Positions 1-11,265 of a stretch of DNA of 64,000 nt are shown here, piece after piece; the first letter of the stretch is position 1; each line of letters opens with the position of its first letter. The DNA comes from Camelus ferus (Eukaryota): positions 2,296,001 through 2,360,000 of the forward strand of contig NC_045698.1 of NCBI RefSeq assembly GCF_009834535.1, read 5' to 3'. Made by a program: the position numbers and the translations under genes. Below the pieces are notes generated by a model. The model did no database searches, was not told the origin of the DNA, and was given only the letters and a program-made list of their open reading frames with translations.

Positions 1-1163
1 GCTGGCAGCTCCGTCCAGGGGTAGAGCGCGAGCAGGCTGGGGTGCAGATCTGGTTTGGAGCCCCTTGGAAAGGGGAAGGCGTGTGTCCCGGACCTTCCAT
101 CCCCGCTCTTTCCAGCCTGGTGGCTGGTGCCCGGGAGAAGCCGGATCAGTGCTTGCTGAACGAGTGAATGCGAGGTGTAAGCAGGGCTGTGCTGGGATGT
201 CTGGACAGATGCCGCTGAACCCAGTGGTCCTTATTCCCAGCACGTAGGTGGGGTCCTGCGTGGTGAGCACGGAGATGGATCAGAACTGCCGTTTTCAGCT
301 GGGATGGGGGGAGGGGCTGCAGCCTCAGCTGGAATACCCTGTGCTGGGGGCCCCTCCCACCCCCAGGGATCTGGCGACCGCCTCGCAGCCCCGGGGAGAG
401 CAGTGTGCCCTGGCGAGAGGGCACCAGGGAGGGCGGGCACCCCGGGGACACCCTGTGGGCTCCCGTGCTTGAGGCACAAGCCCCAGCTCGACCTTCCTCC
501 CTCTCCCCCCCGCCACGGGTGCAGGTCCCCGCCGGCCCGTACAGACAGCAAGGAGTTTAGGTCTCAGAGATGAGCGGTGACCACAGGTGATCACCCTGAG
601 CCCCTGGGCAGGTGACCCGCAGCGTGTGGCCCTCACTGTAAACAGTCTGTTTCCAAGAAAAAGCTGATCGTGAGAATATCAGCCCCAAAACTCAATCTGG
701 AGAAACCGGAGGGTTGAGAGCACTCATTGTGGGGGGAGAGGGGGCTGGAGAATTCTGAAGGGGGTCAGGGGCGTGTCCCTTTGTTTGCATATAATTTTAT
801 AGTTTCATTCATGTTGAAGCTTAACTTCAGAATCCGTCGTTGGCACAGGATGCGCTGCGATCAGAACACCCTCACTGCAGGGCCTCCGGGTTTCAGGGCA
901 CGAGATCTGGGGGTTTTGGGTGGACCTCCCTCCAAAGTTCAGCGTCCCGGGCTGCCAGCCTCTCCCTCTCCCCACTGCAGCGCTGAAACTTCCGGAAGCT
1001 TCCAGAGGCCGTGCCTGCCTGGCTTCTGGGTGGAGTACGTCCCCAGTTCATGCAGATCCAGGCCATGTCTGGGTGTCTTTTTTACAAACCTTAACTTTGT
1101 CCTGTAAACAGTATCAACAGCATTTTATCCAAGGTGACTCTTTCTGGACATTTTTTTCCCCTC

Positions 1164-1199
1164 GTTTTTGTTTTTGTTTTTGTTTTTGTTTTTGTTTTT
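1164..1199 (+). repeat. (TTTTTG)n simple repeat
   Basis: About 6 units visible. Confidence 0.9.
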
Positions 1200-1462
1200 C
1201 CAGCCTTGACTTTGCTGTTGAAAAACCTCTAGCAGTTCGTCACAGTTCTTAAAGGTCATCTCCAAAGCTGAGGATGTGAGAGGTGACCCACAGAGCACAG
1301 GGTGAGAGTTAGAAATACGTGCACAGAGAACTTAAACTTCCTTCATACCACCATACGGTCAGCAGTTTGTCTGTGATCTAAGAACGATCTTACATATATT
1401 GGCTCGCTTTTTGCCACTCCCGGGTGAATACTTTAAAAAAGTGGAGTCACCATCCGTCTGTC

Positions 1463-1663
1463 ACAGTGGTCCTACATCCAGAGTGATTTGGGCCCCCAGA
1501 GCAAAGCACTAGGGGCATTTTGATTGTCACCACTGAGGGGGAGCTACTGGCATCCAGGGAACGGAATCCATCAATGCTGGGAATGTTCCACAGGGCGCGG
1601 GACAGCCTCCACACAGAGGGTTACAAAGGCCGCATGGAGATCGTGCTGAAGTTGAGAAACTCT
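1463..1663. mobile_element. MER20-like hAT-Charlie DNA transposon relic
   Basis: CAGTGGT start, TTTTTGATTGTCAC...GCTACTGGCATCCAG...GGACAGCC...GTTGAGAAACTCT resembles the recalled MER20 consensus. Confidence 0.7.
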
Positions 1664-3548
1664 TGTCACCAACGAAAATCCAAGAGCTCCAGCCCAGGGC
1701 AGGGGCGGGGCCCACGGGAGGCAGCATCCTCCCCGGGGGACCAGGAGGAGGCCCTGCCCTCCGGCAGCCCCGCGCCCCAGGCCCGCCCTGTCCCGCTTCA
1801 GGCTGGGAGGGCTGACTCCAGCCCACAGGGCTCCACAGGGTCTGCACCGAGCCTTCCGAATGCGGTCGGCCACACACATGGCCCCTAGCCCCTTCCCTGG
1901 GAAAGGTGCCCGGCCTCCTCCGCGGGTTCAGTGGCTCGTGCGCGGCACGTGGGCCTTGCCGTCCTCAACTCCAGAAAAGGCGGTGCGTGAGCAGGGCGGT
2001 CCACAGCTGGCCCTGGAAGTGGGTCGTGTCAAAGTGCTTAGAAGCCGGAGGGGTCTCAAGTCACGTAGTCCGACCCCTCATCTTACTGAAGCCCAGAGGG
2101 AGAAATTCATGGTTCTGGATCACGAATGCCGTCATCGCGACGCCAAGTGGAGTTCCCTCTGCTCCTCTTGCAGACATTCGTTGCGATTTTTAATGAGAAC
2201 GGATGCAACACCCCTTCTGTGTCAGGCCCAGGGCTGTGTCTGTTCTCCAGCAAATTTCTGTCTTCTCGGAAAACACTCGTCTTGTGTCTGCTGCAGGACA
2301 GTTTCCTTGGGGAGACTTCTGTTTGCTTCCTTGAACAGTGAGAAGACAACACGCTGACCCGTTTTCCCCTGGTGAAGCCAAAACACTTCATAAAACTGGT
2401 GGGGGGCGGGATTGGGTAACCCCGTATCGGACCGTCTCATTAGACTATTACAACTTCCCACGAGAAGCATTTCGTGTCTTTGGTCTCAGTACGTTCTGCC
2501 AGCGTCTTTCGAGTGTGAAGACGGCGCTCCGGAGCTGCCATCCGCACCAGCCCTCCGCCCCCCGCCACCGCCGCCCCGGCCCGCAGGTCTGCGCCACCTA
2601 CATCCGGATCAGTCTGACCATGCAGCGGGCTGAGCTCAGTGCCAAGGAAAACTGAACCGGCTGGGGTGCCGCCCATCGGAGTCCAATTCGGCATGTGACG
2701 AAAATTAACTAAAGGCAGCTCCTTCAAAAAGAAAACAGTGACAAAGGGTTTCAAAACACAGGTTTCCCAACCCAGGAAAGATTAAGTGAAACGGAGCCCT
2801 TGTTCCTGAAGCCCGACCTTTCGCGCGAGGCTGTGATGGCAGAGCTCGGCTCCTGGCTGGGGCCAGGCACCGACAGTCCGTCACGCTGCTCGGGGGGCAC
2901 ATCCACGTGGTGCAGGCTGTGGGCGCGCCTCCCAGGAGCACCGGGAACCTCTGTGCCGACGGACCGGTGCCTTTCCCAGTGGCTTCTTGGTCACGTTCAG
3001 GAACTTTCATGGGCTGAGAAGATCTGAAGGCACCGCCGTCTCCCTCTTTTGATGGGACACTAAGGAAACAGGCACATCCAGGCCTGGGCACCCAGTGCAG
3101 CACGTGCGCAGATCTAACGAGGAAGGGCCGGCCACCCAGCTCCACGCTGAAGTGACAGGGCAGCTGTCACAATGTCTCTGAAATGAATCTTTCTACAAAA
3201 AGAAACCTTATTTACGTATAGAATGCATTCTGCAACATACTTTACCCGCAGAGCTAAGGTAGAGGACATGATGAATTGTTTAAAACACGCAGAATACATA
3301 TGTGTGTGCACATGTATCTCTTCTAACCCACAGGCAGAGTCCTCACTAAGTCTGAGCTGACAGGAAAACATCAGCCCAGTTCTCAGAGGCATCTCCTGGT
3401 GGGACCCCAGCAGGATGAGGGTGACCGGGAGGGGCACGTACCCCACAAGACGGCTGCGCCCTTGAGAAGCCCACGCTAGAGGCATTCCCTGCCCGCCAGC
3501 CTCTCACCGCTCAGCTTTGTCCTGCTCGTCTACTTGTGAGTGTGGGCT

Positions 3549-4025
3549 TGAGACAGAACAGGAAGGACAAACCTGACTGCGTGTTGGGTCTGTTTCTTTT
3601 GCTTTAGCCTCTGTGTTCCATTGCTTTTGCTACAAGTTCATCACTAAAGGGATGTTGCCTGTAAGCTTAAATTATGCATAACGACTCATAATACGCTGCC
3701 TCCCAGGGAATGCGCATTAAGCTAAAATATCTTTGTTTAGCTCACAGGAAACCTCCTGACCAGGCCCCCCTGTGAAGGAAGAAATTAGCACATCCCTTCT
3801 GGAGGCTTATGGGAGACAGGAAATGTTTGACTTGACTCCCTCCCCTTTTAGTATAAAAGAAGACTGACTTCTAACCCAGGAAAGATGGTTCTTTAGGACA
3901 CTAGTCCACCGTCTTCTTGGTCTGCTGGCTTCCCAAGTAAAGTCACTATTCCTTGCCCTGACAATTCAGCTCCTGATATGCTGGCGTGTCCTGCGGCCAG
4001 CAGCACAAGCATGGACTCAGCAACA
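3549..4025 (+). mobile_element. solo ERV1-class LTR (MER41-like)
   Basis: TG...CA ends, TATAAAA at 3852, AGTAAA polyA-like signal at 3936; 3' part GATGGTTCTTT..GACACTAGTCCACC..TCTGCTGGCTT..GGACTCAGCAACA resembles artiodactyl MER41-type LTRs (from memory). The 5' end could be 3541. Confidence 0.7.
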
Positions 4026-4995
4026 GAGAGAGATGTGCCGAAGTTCTTTGAGGACCAAGGCTTCTGTGGGCCGCCTGGTATGCTGGGCCTCTGCTCGCAC
4101 ACTCAGCCTGGCTTGCTGAGTTCCTGTTACAGGCTCGTTTGTCAGTGAGTCACCACCTTCTCCTAAATGCACGTCGCTGGTGCAGAACTGGCGCGAGGAG
4201 TTCAGAGAGGGAGAGTCCGGTGCCCGGCCCATCTCTGTAGCCGACTGCACAGAAAGCAGGTGTCCCAAGCCGGAGCCAGCGATGGGAGGTGCTGCCCTGG
4301 CCCGCCTCCTGCGGAGCACAGCCGGGGAGGCATTAGCTCCAGAGCCCCGGCGTGGACAGTGCTTCAGCACGGGAGTGGCAGGGCCTCTGAGAACTCACAT
4401 GCTGGTCTCACGGAGCCTGAGTCAGCTTTGCTGCCAGCCCCGGGCCTCAGACCTCTGCTTCCGCTGGCACCGGCTCCGCCAGGGTTCACCTTATTATGGT
4501 GGCTGTGGCTGTCACCAGCACCATCATTGGGACCATCCCCGATTCTGCTCTGCTCAGCGCTCATGTCTGTCCTGAGAACTAGCCTCCAGGGGTCCCAGTG
4601 CCCATGTGGGTCAAGGCGTGAGTTTTGATGGCAAGTTGAGGCCAAGTGCCCTCAGCCCTTGGGCCAGTTTGTAGAGCAATGAGGAAACCTCCCAGGGGTG
4701 TAGAGAGCATGCTGTCACCTCCCCTCTCCCAGGCGCTGGGTTTGACTGTTGGACAAGAAATGCATCGATAACATAGTGAGAAGCAAAAGAAAAACACAAA
4801 ATAAAATTAGTGATTGGGTCGTCAGAGGTTTCCGAGCACGCTCAGAACAAAACGTCATCTAAGACAAGGAGGGCCCAAGGTCACCATCAGCTGCCTTCTC
4901 CCAACCTGGCCTCCTCTCTCCCTTAGAAAACCCACATACCTTTCTTAGCTCACACTGGGGAATTCTTTAAGTGACTATGGAAAATAAGTAACTGG

Positions 4996-6372
4996 TGGGC
5001 GGGAGGGGGAGTGAACAGGGAGGGGTGGGCTGGGGGGGAGTGAGCAGGGAGGGGTGGGCCGGGGGGAGTGAGCAGGGAGGGGTGGGCTGGGGGGGAATCA
5101 GCAGGGAGGGGTGGGCTGGGGGGGAGTGAGCAGGGAGGGGTGGGCCGGGGGAGTGAGCAGGGAGGGGTGGGCTGGGGGGGAGTCAGCAGGGAGGGGTGGG
5201 CTGGGGGGGAGTGAGCAGGGAGGGGTGGGCTGGGGGGGAGTGAGCAGGGAGGGGTGGGCGGGGGGGAGTCAGCAGGGAGGGGTGGGCCGGGGGGAGTGAG
5301 CAGGGAGGGGTGGGCTGGGGGGGAGTGAGCAGGGAGGGGTGGGCTGGGGGGGAATCAGCAGGGAGGGGTGGGCCGGGGGGGAGTCAGCAGGGAGGGGGTG
5401 GGCCGGGGGGGGAGTGAGCAGGGAGGGGTGGGCTGGGGGGGGAGTGAGCAGGGAGGGGTGGGCTGGGGGGAGTGAGCAGGGAGGGGTGGGCTGGGGGGAG
5501 TGAGCAGGGAGGGGTGGGCTGGGGGGGAGTGAGCAGGGAGGGGTGGGCTGGGGGGGAATCAGCAGGGAGGGGTGGGCGGGGGGAGTGAGCAGGGAGGGGT
5601 GGGCCGGGGGGGGGAGTGAGCAGGGAGGGGTGGGCTGGGGGGGGGGTGAGCAGGGAGGGGTGGGCTGGGGGGGGGTGAGCAGGGAGGGGTGGGCTGGGGG
5701 GGAATCAGCAGGGAGGGGTGGGCGGGGGGAGTGAGCAGGGAGGGGTGGGCTGGGGGGGAGTGAGCAGGGAGGGGTGGGCTGGGGGGGAGTGAGCAGGGAG
5801 GGGTGGGCTGGGGGGGAATCAGCAGGGAGGGGTGGGCTGGGGGGGGAGTGAGCAGGGAGGGGTGGGGCTGGGGGGGAGTGAGCAGGAGGGGTGGGCCGGA
5901 GGAGTGAGCAGGGAGGGGTGGGCTGGGGGGGAGTGAGCAGGGAGGGGTGGGCTGGGGGGGAATCAGCAGGGAGGGGTGGGCGGGGGGAGTGAGCAGGGAG
6001 GGGTGGGCCGGGGGGGAGTGAGCAGGGAGGGGTGGGCTGGGGGGGAGTGAGCAGGGAGGGGGTGGGCTGGGGGGGGGTGAGCAGGGAGGGGTGGGCTGGG
6101 GGGGGAGTGAGCAGGGAGGGGTGGGGCTGGGGGGGAATCAGCAGGGAGGGGTGGGCGGGGGGAGTGAGCAGGGAGGGGTGGGCTGGGGGGGAGTGAGCAG
6201 GGAGGGGTGGGCTTGGGGGGGAGTGAGCAGGGAGGGGGGTGGGCTGGGGGGGAATCAGCAGGGAGGGGTGGGCTGGGGGGAGTCAGCAGGGAGGGGTGGG
6301 CCGGGGGGAGTCCAGCAGGGAGGGGTGGGCTGGGGTGAAGTGAGCAGGGAGGGGTGGGCCGGGGGCTGGGGG
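4996..6372 (+). repeat. G-rich minisatellite (VNTR), unit about 29 bp GGGGGGGAGTGAGCAGGGAGGGGTGGGCT, roughly 47 copies
   Basis: Directly visible tandem array with variant units (AGTGAGCA/AATCAGCA/AGTCAGCA; GGGCT/GGGCC/GGGCG) and variable G-run length. Confidence 0.97.
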
Positions 6373-9300
6373 GATCCTCAGCAGAGGATCTGAGGAAAGG
6401 GGAAAGGGGCTTCCGTCTGCTTCTCTGCCCAGCGGCGTGGAAGCCCACATCAGACATACAGTGAGTATGTTTCACCTTTCGTCTCTCCCTGTGTTTAGGC
6501 GGGCGCCGTGTTAAGCGAGGACCAAGCCCCAGCCCACCCAGCCCTTCCTGCACTGTCTTTTGCTTCCAGATGCTTCCATCTCAGGACCCCCACCCCCGCC
6601 CTGGAACGTCTGCTCCACGAGCAAGACCCCCGCTCCCCGAGTGAGCTCCTCGCTCCCCTCTCCCACCCACCTCAGACCCCGTGAGGGCTCAGATCTGCCC
6701 CCAAGCCCGAGGGTCCCCGTAGAGCCCTGCTGAGAGTCCTGTGGTGTGAGGCCAGGGGGGTTTCACATCACCCAGCCCGAGGCTCTTCTCCCCACTGAGT
6801 GAGACGGGGCCCAGACTTCCCAGTGACTTGCCAACTTCCGGGATGACGCAGAGGCTGACCCGGGATCTCAGGGGCCTTGCTGACCCGTGACCCCGCAGGC
6901 TTCTCTCCCGCAGGCAGCATGCTGCCCTCCCCACGATGCCTGCCCATCTCTCTTGGGAACCAGCGCACTGGCTACTGCCAGTCGGGCAGGACTCAGAGTA
7001 ATGGACCAGTTTAACTGGACCCAAGAATCAGATGTTGGAGCAGCTCACGGGCCCGTCAGTCTGGGCATGTGAGTACGTGGGGGCCCGTCTCACAGGGATC
7101 GGCTGGGGACAGCCTCCCTCTCATCACCGACGGCTCCTCATGAGGTTAGGAGGTTAAGGGGCTGAGACGGTCCCCAGCGGCCCGGAGCACACACTTGGGC
7201 AGACATGCACAGGCTCCTCCTCCACCACGCCACGACCCGAGGCTGCTACTCGGCCGGCAAGCCTCCCTCCTCCTGCACTGACCCCCCAGCCCCGTCATGG
7301 TGTCCCCGGCCTCCGCCTGGTCAGACGTGGCACTGGGGGTGTCAGCTCTCGAGGCTGGTTCCTCCATCCTGCCTCAAACGGGGTGGCTGTCCCGCCTCAG
7401 CCCCGCTGCTTCTGCTCTTGAGGGACGCCCACTGCTCCACTGCCACTCAGCCCCTTTGGGGTGGGCTCCACGGACAGAGTCCTGAGAGTCCCGGGGGGGG
7501 ACTTGCCCAGTTCGACCAGAGCGGTCAGCCAGATCTGGCGCTGGCCACTGCGCCCAGCCTGTCGGAGGGCACGGGGCTGATGCCCCGACGGCCATGCCCT
7601 CGGTCCCCTCCAGGCCCACCTGCCCCCGGCCCACCTGCGCCACACTGCTGGCACCCACCCAGTCATGGAACCATCTCTGGCCTCTACTCAGAGACCAGCC
7701 CAGGGGGCTCGCAGCCACAGCAAGTGGGTCACGCCCAGCTCCCTGAACCCACTGACCACCAAGACCACTGGAGTTGTCCCCAAGTGTTGTCCGGCTCCAA
7801 GGGAAACCTGCACTTCCCCAGAGAGACATGCAGCCCCGAGCTGGGGGGAGCAGCAGGGCACTGGGGGGTAGGGGGAAAGACAGCCACTCCCTGGGCTGTC
7901 CAACCTGCTGCATGGGTCTGGGGGTGTCAGCACAGAGCTGGCAGCCACTGAGGCCTCTGTGGGCCCCTCAGGGAAGTCCAGCCTGGCCTGGCCCCTGCCG
8001 TGTCCAGTGCTCTTCCTGCCCTGAAGGCAGCCCTGTTTACTACGTCTTTGATCTTCCCCGGGGGATGGATGAGGCAGGAGATGCAGGGGGCCCAGCATAG
8101 ACACCCCACATAACCCCAAGGCCCCTTTCCCTGCCCACCTCCTCCCCAACACACGATGCTTGGAGGGCAGGTCCGGGGCCCACTACACCCCGTGGCTAGT
8201 CGAGTGCCTGGCGCACAGTGGGGCTCAGTGAGCCCATTGCGGTGACCACGGAGAGTGGCCAGGAGGCGGGGAGGTGGCGCGGGAAAGACAGGCGAGCATC
8301 AGGTCTGCTGATAAACACCAATAAATATGCAAATGAGGAATCTGGAAACGCTATCCTCACGTTCCCATTCAATTCCAGCAACCCAGGGGTAAATCTCGAT
8401 AAATTACAGTGGAGTGTGGCTTGTAAGTAACATTTCTCTGCCATCCCTAAAGCGTGGCTGTGTCTTTGAGGCCCTAAACTGTTGCGGTAAATGAGTTCCT
8501 ATAACCGTTTCGTGGTTAATGAAAATAATGCTCAGAGCCGTGCTGGGAGCCGGGTGTGCTCCCGAGCTCATAGACGTGGCGGGCTGCGGCACGGAAGTGC
8601 GGGGCTGGGATTCGGTGGCGCCGCGCCCCTGGAAGCAGAGCCCATGGTGTCTGCAGGCGGTCAGAGAGGGCAGAGGTCCGTCACCTCCACCGCCTCTCCG
8701 CTCTGAACCCCCGGCTGCCCCGGGCAGAGCCACCGGGCCTCCTGTAACTCATTTCTTCAGTGTGGTCCCAGAGCTACGCTTCCCAGGTTCTGGGCCCTGC
8801 GCCACGGGCTCGGAATTCTAAAGCCCTCAGGACCCCACCCGTGCTCAGAGAGGACGGGTCCGCCGGCGCGAGGCTCGCCCGCACCCCAGCACAGGGAGGC
8901 TCAGGCGTGTGAAGGAGTGTGCTGGGCCCGAGAGGGGACAAGCCCCGCCCAGGGACAACGGGCAGAGAGGGAGGCTGAGGGTGCCAGTGGCCACTGGCCA
9001 CTGACTACGGGGAACAACCTGGTGGGTTTGTGAGAACAAGGCACTCTTGGGTGACGGCCAGGCGCCCAGCAGGGACACGGGTCAGGCCTGAGAGCAGCCA
9101 CATGGCAGGGGCGCCTGGGAGGAAAGCCCTTCTGCGTCCAGCTTGTGTCCGCTCAGACCGTCAGTTGTGGGGACGGGCTCCCACGAGAAGGGGCGCTGCC
9201 GCGCGGCCCGCTCCCCTCTGCGGACGTCCCCCATCGCTGCTGCTGAGACGGACGCGGCCTCGGCCGGTGCCGGCCCGGGGGCCAGAGGAGGGCTCCTGGA

Positions 9301-9684
9301 GCCCGCGCACTCGTTACCGGAAGCACCTGTGAACTCAGCCTCTCTCTCTGCGTGGCTCCTTCAGAAACCACGGGAGCAAGGGCTGCTCGGAGCGCATTCC
9401 AGAAAAGTCCTGCAGAAACACGGGACAGTTCCATCCTAAGGACGCCTGTGGGCTGAAAGCCACAGCCTCGGGTTAGAGGCTTCAAGACCTCACCCGCAGC
9501 ACGTCACTGTGGTGCATCACACAGGGAGAGGAACAGGTTTAGGTGGAAGCTAATTTCTTCTGATCTCTTCTAGGACGCAAGCACATACAAAATAAAACCC
9601 GACAGGTACACATCCCACACACACGCACACAGGGCATGCTCACCCGACCTCTAGCTCACCTTTCCTTGTGAACAGGATACACAT

Positions 9685-11140
9685 GTTCTAAATACAGTGC
9701 TAGCAACCTAACCTGCCAGTGCTTTAAGAATGCTATATTGTGACCGGTAACTTTTACTGCATGGTTGCAAAAAGTGTCTGACCCTAGAGAGAAGGGTAAA
9801 AAAACTGCCTATTGACAGATGACTGGATAAAGTTGTGGTTTATTTATACAATGGAATACTACTCAGCCATAAAAAGGATGAAGTAATGCCAATTGCAGCA
9901 ACATGGATGAACCTGGAGAATGTCATTCGAAGTGAAGTAAGTCAGAAAGAGAAAGAAAAATACCATATGAGATCGCTCATATGTGGAATCTAAAAAATGA
10001 CACAAATGAACTTATTTACAAAACAGAGACAGACTCACAGACAGAGAAAGCAAACTTAGGGTTACCAGGGAGGAAAAGGGGTGGGGTGGGATAAATTGGG
10101 AGTTTGGGATTTGCAGATACTAACTACTATATATAAAATAGATAAACAACAAGTTTCTTCTGCACAGCACAGGGAGCTACGTTCAACACCTTGTCATAGC
10201 CTATAATGAAAAAGAACATAAAAAGGAGTATATACGTAAAACTGAATCACTGTGCTGTACGCCAGAAACGAACACAACATTGTAAACCATACCTCAATTA
10301 AAAAATTTTTAAAAAGCTGTTTGGAAACAACTACAAAATTCTGCAAACATTCTTGAATTTAAAAATCTTTTTTTCAAAGCCTTAAAAAGTTAGGAGAAAG
10401 TTCTTTAACTTAACATCTGTATACCTGCCTCTGTATCTTTATGTGTATACCCGTGTGTGTGTGATCAGCGTCTCACCACACGTGCAGCCCTATGTGTACA
10501 CGTCAGATAATCACAGAAGTCATCCAGTTTGGTGACACCAGACCACCATCATCACTGCCCACCCAGGACGCCCCCACTCGGGGACTGTCCTGTGGAAGCA
10601 GCTCCACCTCCTTCAGTCTCAAAAGTATCCCAATAAATTATATGATCACCCTACCCAGACATGAAGTAAAAATTAATGTCGGACATTGCAAGGAAACTCA
10701 CCAAACATTTATTTCTGATGTTACGATATCAAGAATAATTAAGGAAGTCAAATGAAAAAAGGATTTGCATTCATGAGAAAGTTCAGTGCCTAAATATATG
10801 TGTAAAATACAGTTTTCTTCTGCTGGCCATCACTAATTAGTTAAAAATACAGTGAATTAACGATCTTAGCCCCAGTGATGATAGAAGTGTAAAATACAGG
10901 AGAATGTTCAAAACATGAAAGGAACTGAAGTTCAGCTACGTAACTAGGGAGATGTCCATTTTTCTGGATGAGAAGAATGCATAGTAGAAAGCTGCCGAAA
11001 TTAATCTATAAATTAGATTTTAGCCTCCTGCCAAGCCACATACAACAAACAAACAAACAAAAAGCCCCTACATTTATTTGAAAAAATCAACTTTAAATTT
11101 CTAGAAGAATAAAAGCAGAGAATAACCCAGAAAACCCTGC
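9685..11140 (+). mobile_element. ancient degraded L1 ORF2 fragments (about 9685-9775, 10320-10415, 10690-11140) interrupted by the younger L1
   Basis: A-rich segments resembling L1 ORF2 in the expected order, e.g. CCATTTTTCTGGATGAGAAGA...AAATTAATCTATAAATT...TTTAAATTTCTAG. Confidence 0.55.
9803..10315 (+). mobile_element. 5'-truncated LINE-1 (ORF2 C-terminal end plus 3' UTR and A-rich tail)
   Basis: ATGGAATACTACTCAGCCATAAAAA, GCAACATGGATG, TAGATAAACAACAAG..AGCACAGGG; near-identical layout to the copy at 20170. Confidence 0.92.
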
Positions 11141-11189
11141 AGTGGGTATTACAGCCGAGCACTGGCTTGGAGCCGTTTCCACAGACAGC

Positions 11190-11265
11190 ACGTCCGGTGA
11201 AGCAGACTCTGTCGACATCCCATTTTATGGATGAGAACACGGAGGCGCAGAGCTTCCCCCCCAGC
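11190..11265 (-). mobile_element. MIR core fragment
   Basis: CCCATTTTATGGATGAGAACACGGAGGCGCAGAG resembles the MIR core. Confidence 0.6.

Noticed and set aside
4996..6553. ORFs across the G-rich array and its CRISPR-like periodicity
   Set aside because: Units are head-to-tail with no unique spacers; the ORFs are translations of a stop-poor repeat.
7205..7951. 248-aa ORF (and similar 245-aa ORF at 24146)
   Set aside because: Pro/Gly/Ser-rich, overlapping ORFs in several frames, no splice or domain support; expected at this GC content.
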